Source: Octopus sinensis (lineage: Eukaryota). From it: a stretch of DNA of 64,000 bases. Positions 62,202-64,000 of the stretch are shown piece by piece; the stretch's first letter is position 1; the number at the start of each line of letters is the position of its first letter. The translations under genes and the position numbers were made by a program. The stretch spans positions 29,635,360 through 29,699,359 of the forward strand of contig NC_043019.1 in assembly GCF_006345805.1 (NCBI RefSeq), read 5' to 3'. The notes below the pieces were generated by a model, which was not told the DNA's origin, made no database searches, and was given only the letters and a program-made list of their open reading frames with translations.

Positions 62202-63688
62202 TTAAGGGAGATAATTCTGGTTTCAATGACCCCCTCCACTACCAAACTTTATCCTTCTTTAATTGAATTTTAACCAAATAATGTAGTTCTTTAAAAAAGA
62301 TCATTACATTCAATCTTTTTTCCATGACGTTGGTGTTTTCCCTGTTCTAATGAGAGGTGGGGTAAAACTTAAACATCAAAGCTCAGAGAAGAGTGCAAAT
62401 TGTATAACTTTAAGGAATCTGATCAAAAGAGCTGTTTTTTTATGACAAGGCTTATGCTAATTATAACTGAAATATATTTTTAGTATCCACATTTTTTATT
62501 TGTTTAGTATCCATTTTTACTGACATTTTTTTTATTTTAAATTTATTGTAAATTTATTAAGTTCCCCTTTATCATCATTTTCATCATTTTAATATTTAAA
62601 TATTCCACCATAACTGAGGTTAAGATTGAAAGATTTTTCTTTCCATCTTGTTTGATCAAGGATAGTTTAAATCAACATTTATTGTTGTGGTTGAACTGTA
62701 TGTGTGTATGCATATATTTGCATGTATATATATATATATATATATGTATGTATATAGGTATGTGTGTGTGTGTATATGCATATATTTGCATATATATATA
62801 AATGATATATATGCATGTTTATATGTATGTAAAAGTATGTATGTATGCATATGTGTATTTGAATATATGTGTATGTATACAGATACACACACACTCTTTG
62901 TCAGGTGAGCAGTTTAAAAGTACATTAAAATAGTAATTTAGTCCCTAATGATGCTGTGATGGATGTTAAGTTTAGTCACTTTTTAAATATTTGAAGTTAC
63001 ATTAAAAAAAAATAGACATTTTTGTTAATTATTTGTTGATGCTTTTTATAAAAAAATATATTTTACTTTAATTTCTTTGTAAAACTTTTCACTGTAATTC
63101 ATTTTAATTATAAGGCCAAACATTATGATTGTGCTTAATTTTCATTATTCTAATTATTTACTGTTGCAATCCCAATCTTGTTTGATTTATGGCTTGTAAT
63201 GTTTGTAGGAGTTGACTTTGCCACAAAGGCCGCCCTGCTTCAACATTATTTATGACTCATGTTCTGCTTACATGACTCTGGTCATTAAACATAATATAAA
63301 TGTGAGAATTTATGGGTTGGACTATCTCCTGGTATTGGAAATATTTATGTCTTTTGTCTTATTAAGATGCTGGACTAATGGCCCCTCAGGTCATAAGATT
63401 AGATCTTTCACATTTCACTCTGGGGCAGAGTATATTAATTTGCTTGCCTCTATCTATCTAGAAGAAATATGAGTGCCACTTGTATGTTCCATGTTGAACC
63501 ATTAACAATTAGGTGAATATCTAACTGTATACACATGGCTTATTCTAACAACTTCTAAATAACAATGGTCTGCATTTTCAAAAACATTTATCTCTTCAGC
63601 TAGTATTTTTTTAAAAATTGTAATTAGGAATGTAAACATTTCCAAAGAATATTTCATCAGATAAAGGAAAGAAATTAATGTACTTTAA

Positions 63689-63909
63689 CCCTTTCGTTAC
63701 CGTATTTATTTTGGGATGCTCTGTGTTTCTCCCAATTATTTTAAATATAACAAAGAATTTAGTAAAATAACTTGGTTATCGTTAAGCTAGTGTTAGGAAC
63801 ATAAATTGTGACTAAGGTTTGGTGGAAGATTTTAATTCAAAACTTATGAAAACAAGACATTTGTGCTACAGAGCCACAGCCGGTTTCAGCCGGGTTGGTA
63901 ATGAAAGGG
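63689..63909. mobile_element. piggyBac-type MITE, family 2
   Basis: TTAA|CCCTTTCGTTAC ... GTAATGAAAGGG|TTAA, 221 bp, highly similar to 17334-17553. Confidence 0.85.
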
Positions 63910-64000
63910 TTAATACCAACCCTCATGAGACCATCCCTGGTTCTATGATACACATTTCATGTTTAAAAGTGACCTATGTTAAAAGCTTACATTAAAATTA

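Overview
AT-rich, repeat-dense animal DNA. The SINE, MITE, RTE and CR1 repeats look like those of Octopus (inferred from remembered repeat families, no database search run). Only two host coding exons are supportable, and they are head-to-head with start codons about 1.3 kb apart. On the minus strand is a 93-codon CARD-domain exon (44765-44486), most like the N-terminal CARD of the MAGUK scaffold DLG5. On the plus strand is a 40-nt first coding exon (46060-46099, MEELFGSDTDSEA) matching the N-terminus of the Paf1-complex subunit LEO1. No convincing next coding exon of either gene is visible, so about 44 kb and 18 kb are probably intron. That intron space holds tRNA-derived SINEs, TTAA (piggyBac-type) and Buster/Charlie (hAT) MITEs, a 5'-truncated RTE LINE with a PHD finger abutting a CR1 LINE, a fossil hAT transposase and many microsatellites. 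Most worth follow-up: a CpG-retaining domain of about 17 kb around the divergent promoter, a pre-miRNA-like intronic hairpin (18810-18886), a strongly flanked 21-nt microexon that would truncate the protein to CARD-only, and tandem arrays next to the promoter and CARD exon. Nearly all listed ORFs are spurious. I found no clear evidence of a wholly new biological system; the leads are hypotheses. Repeat boundaries without TSDs are approximate.
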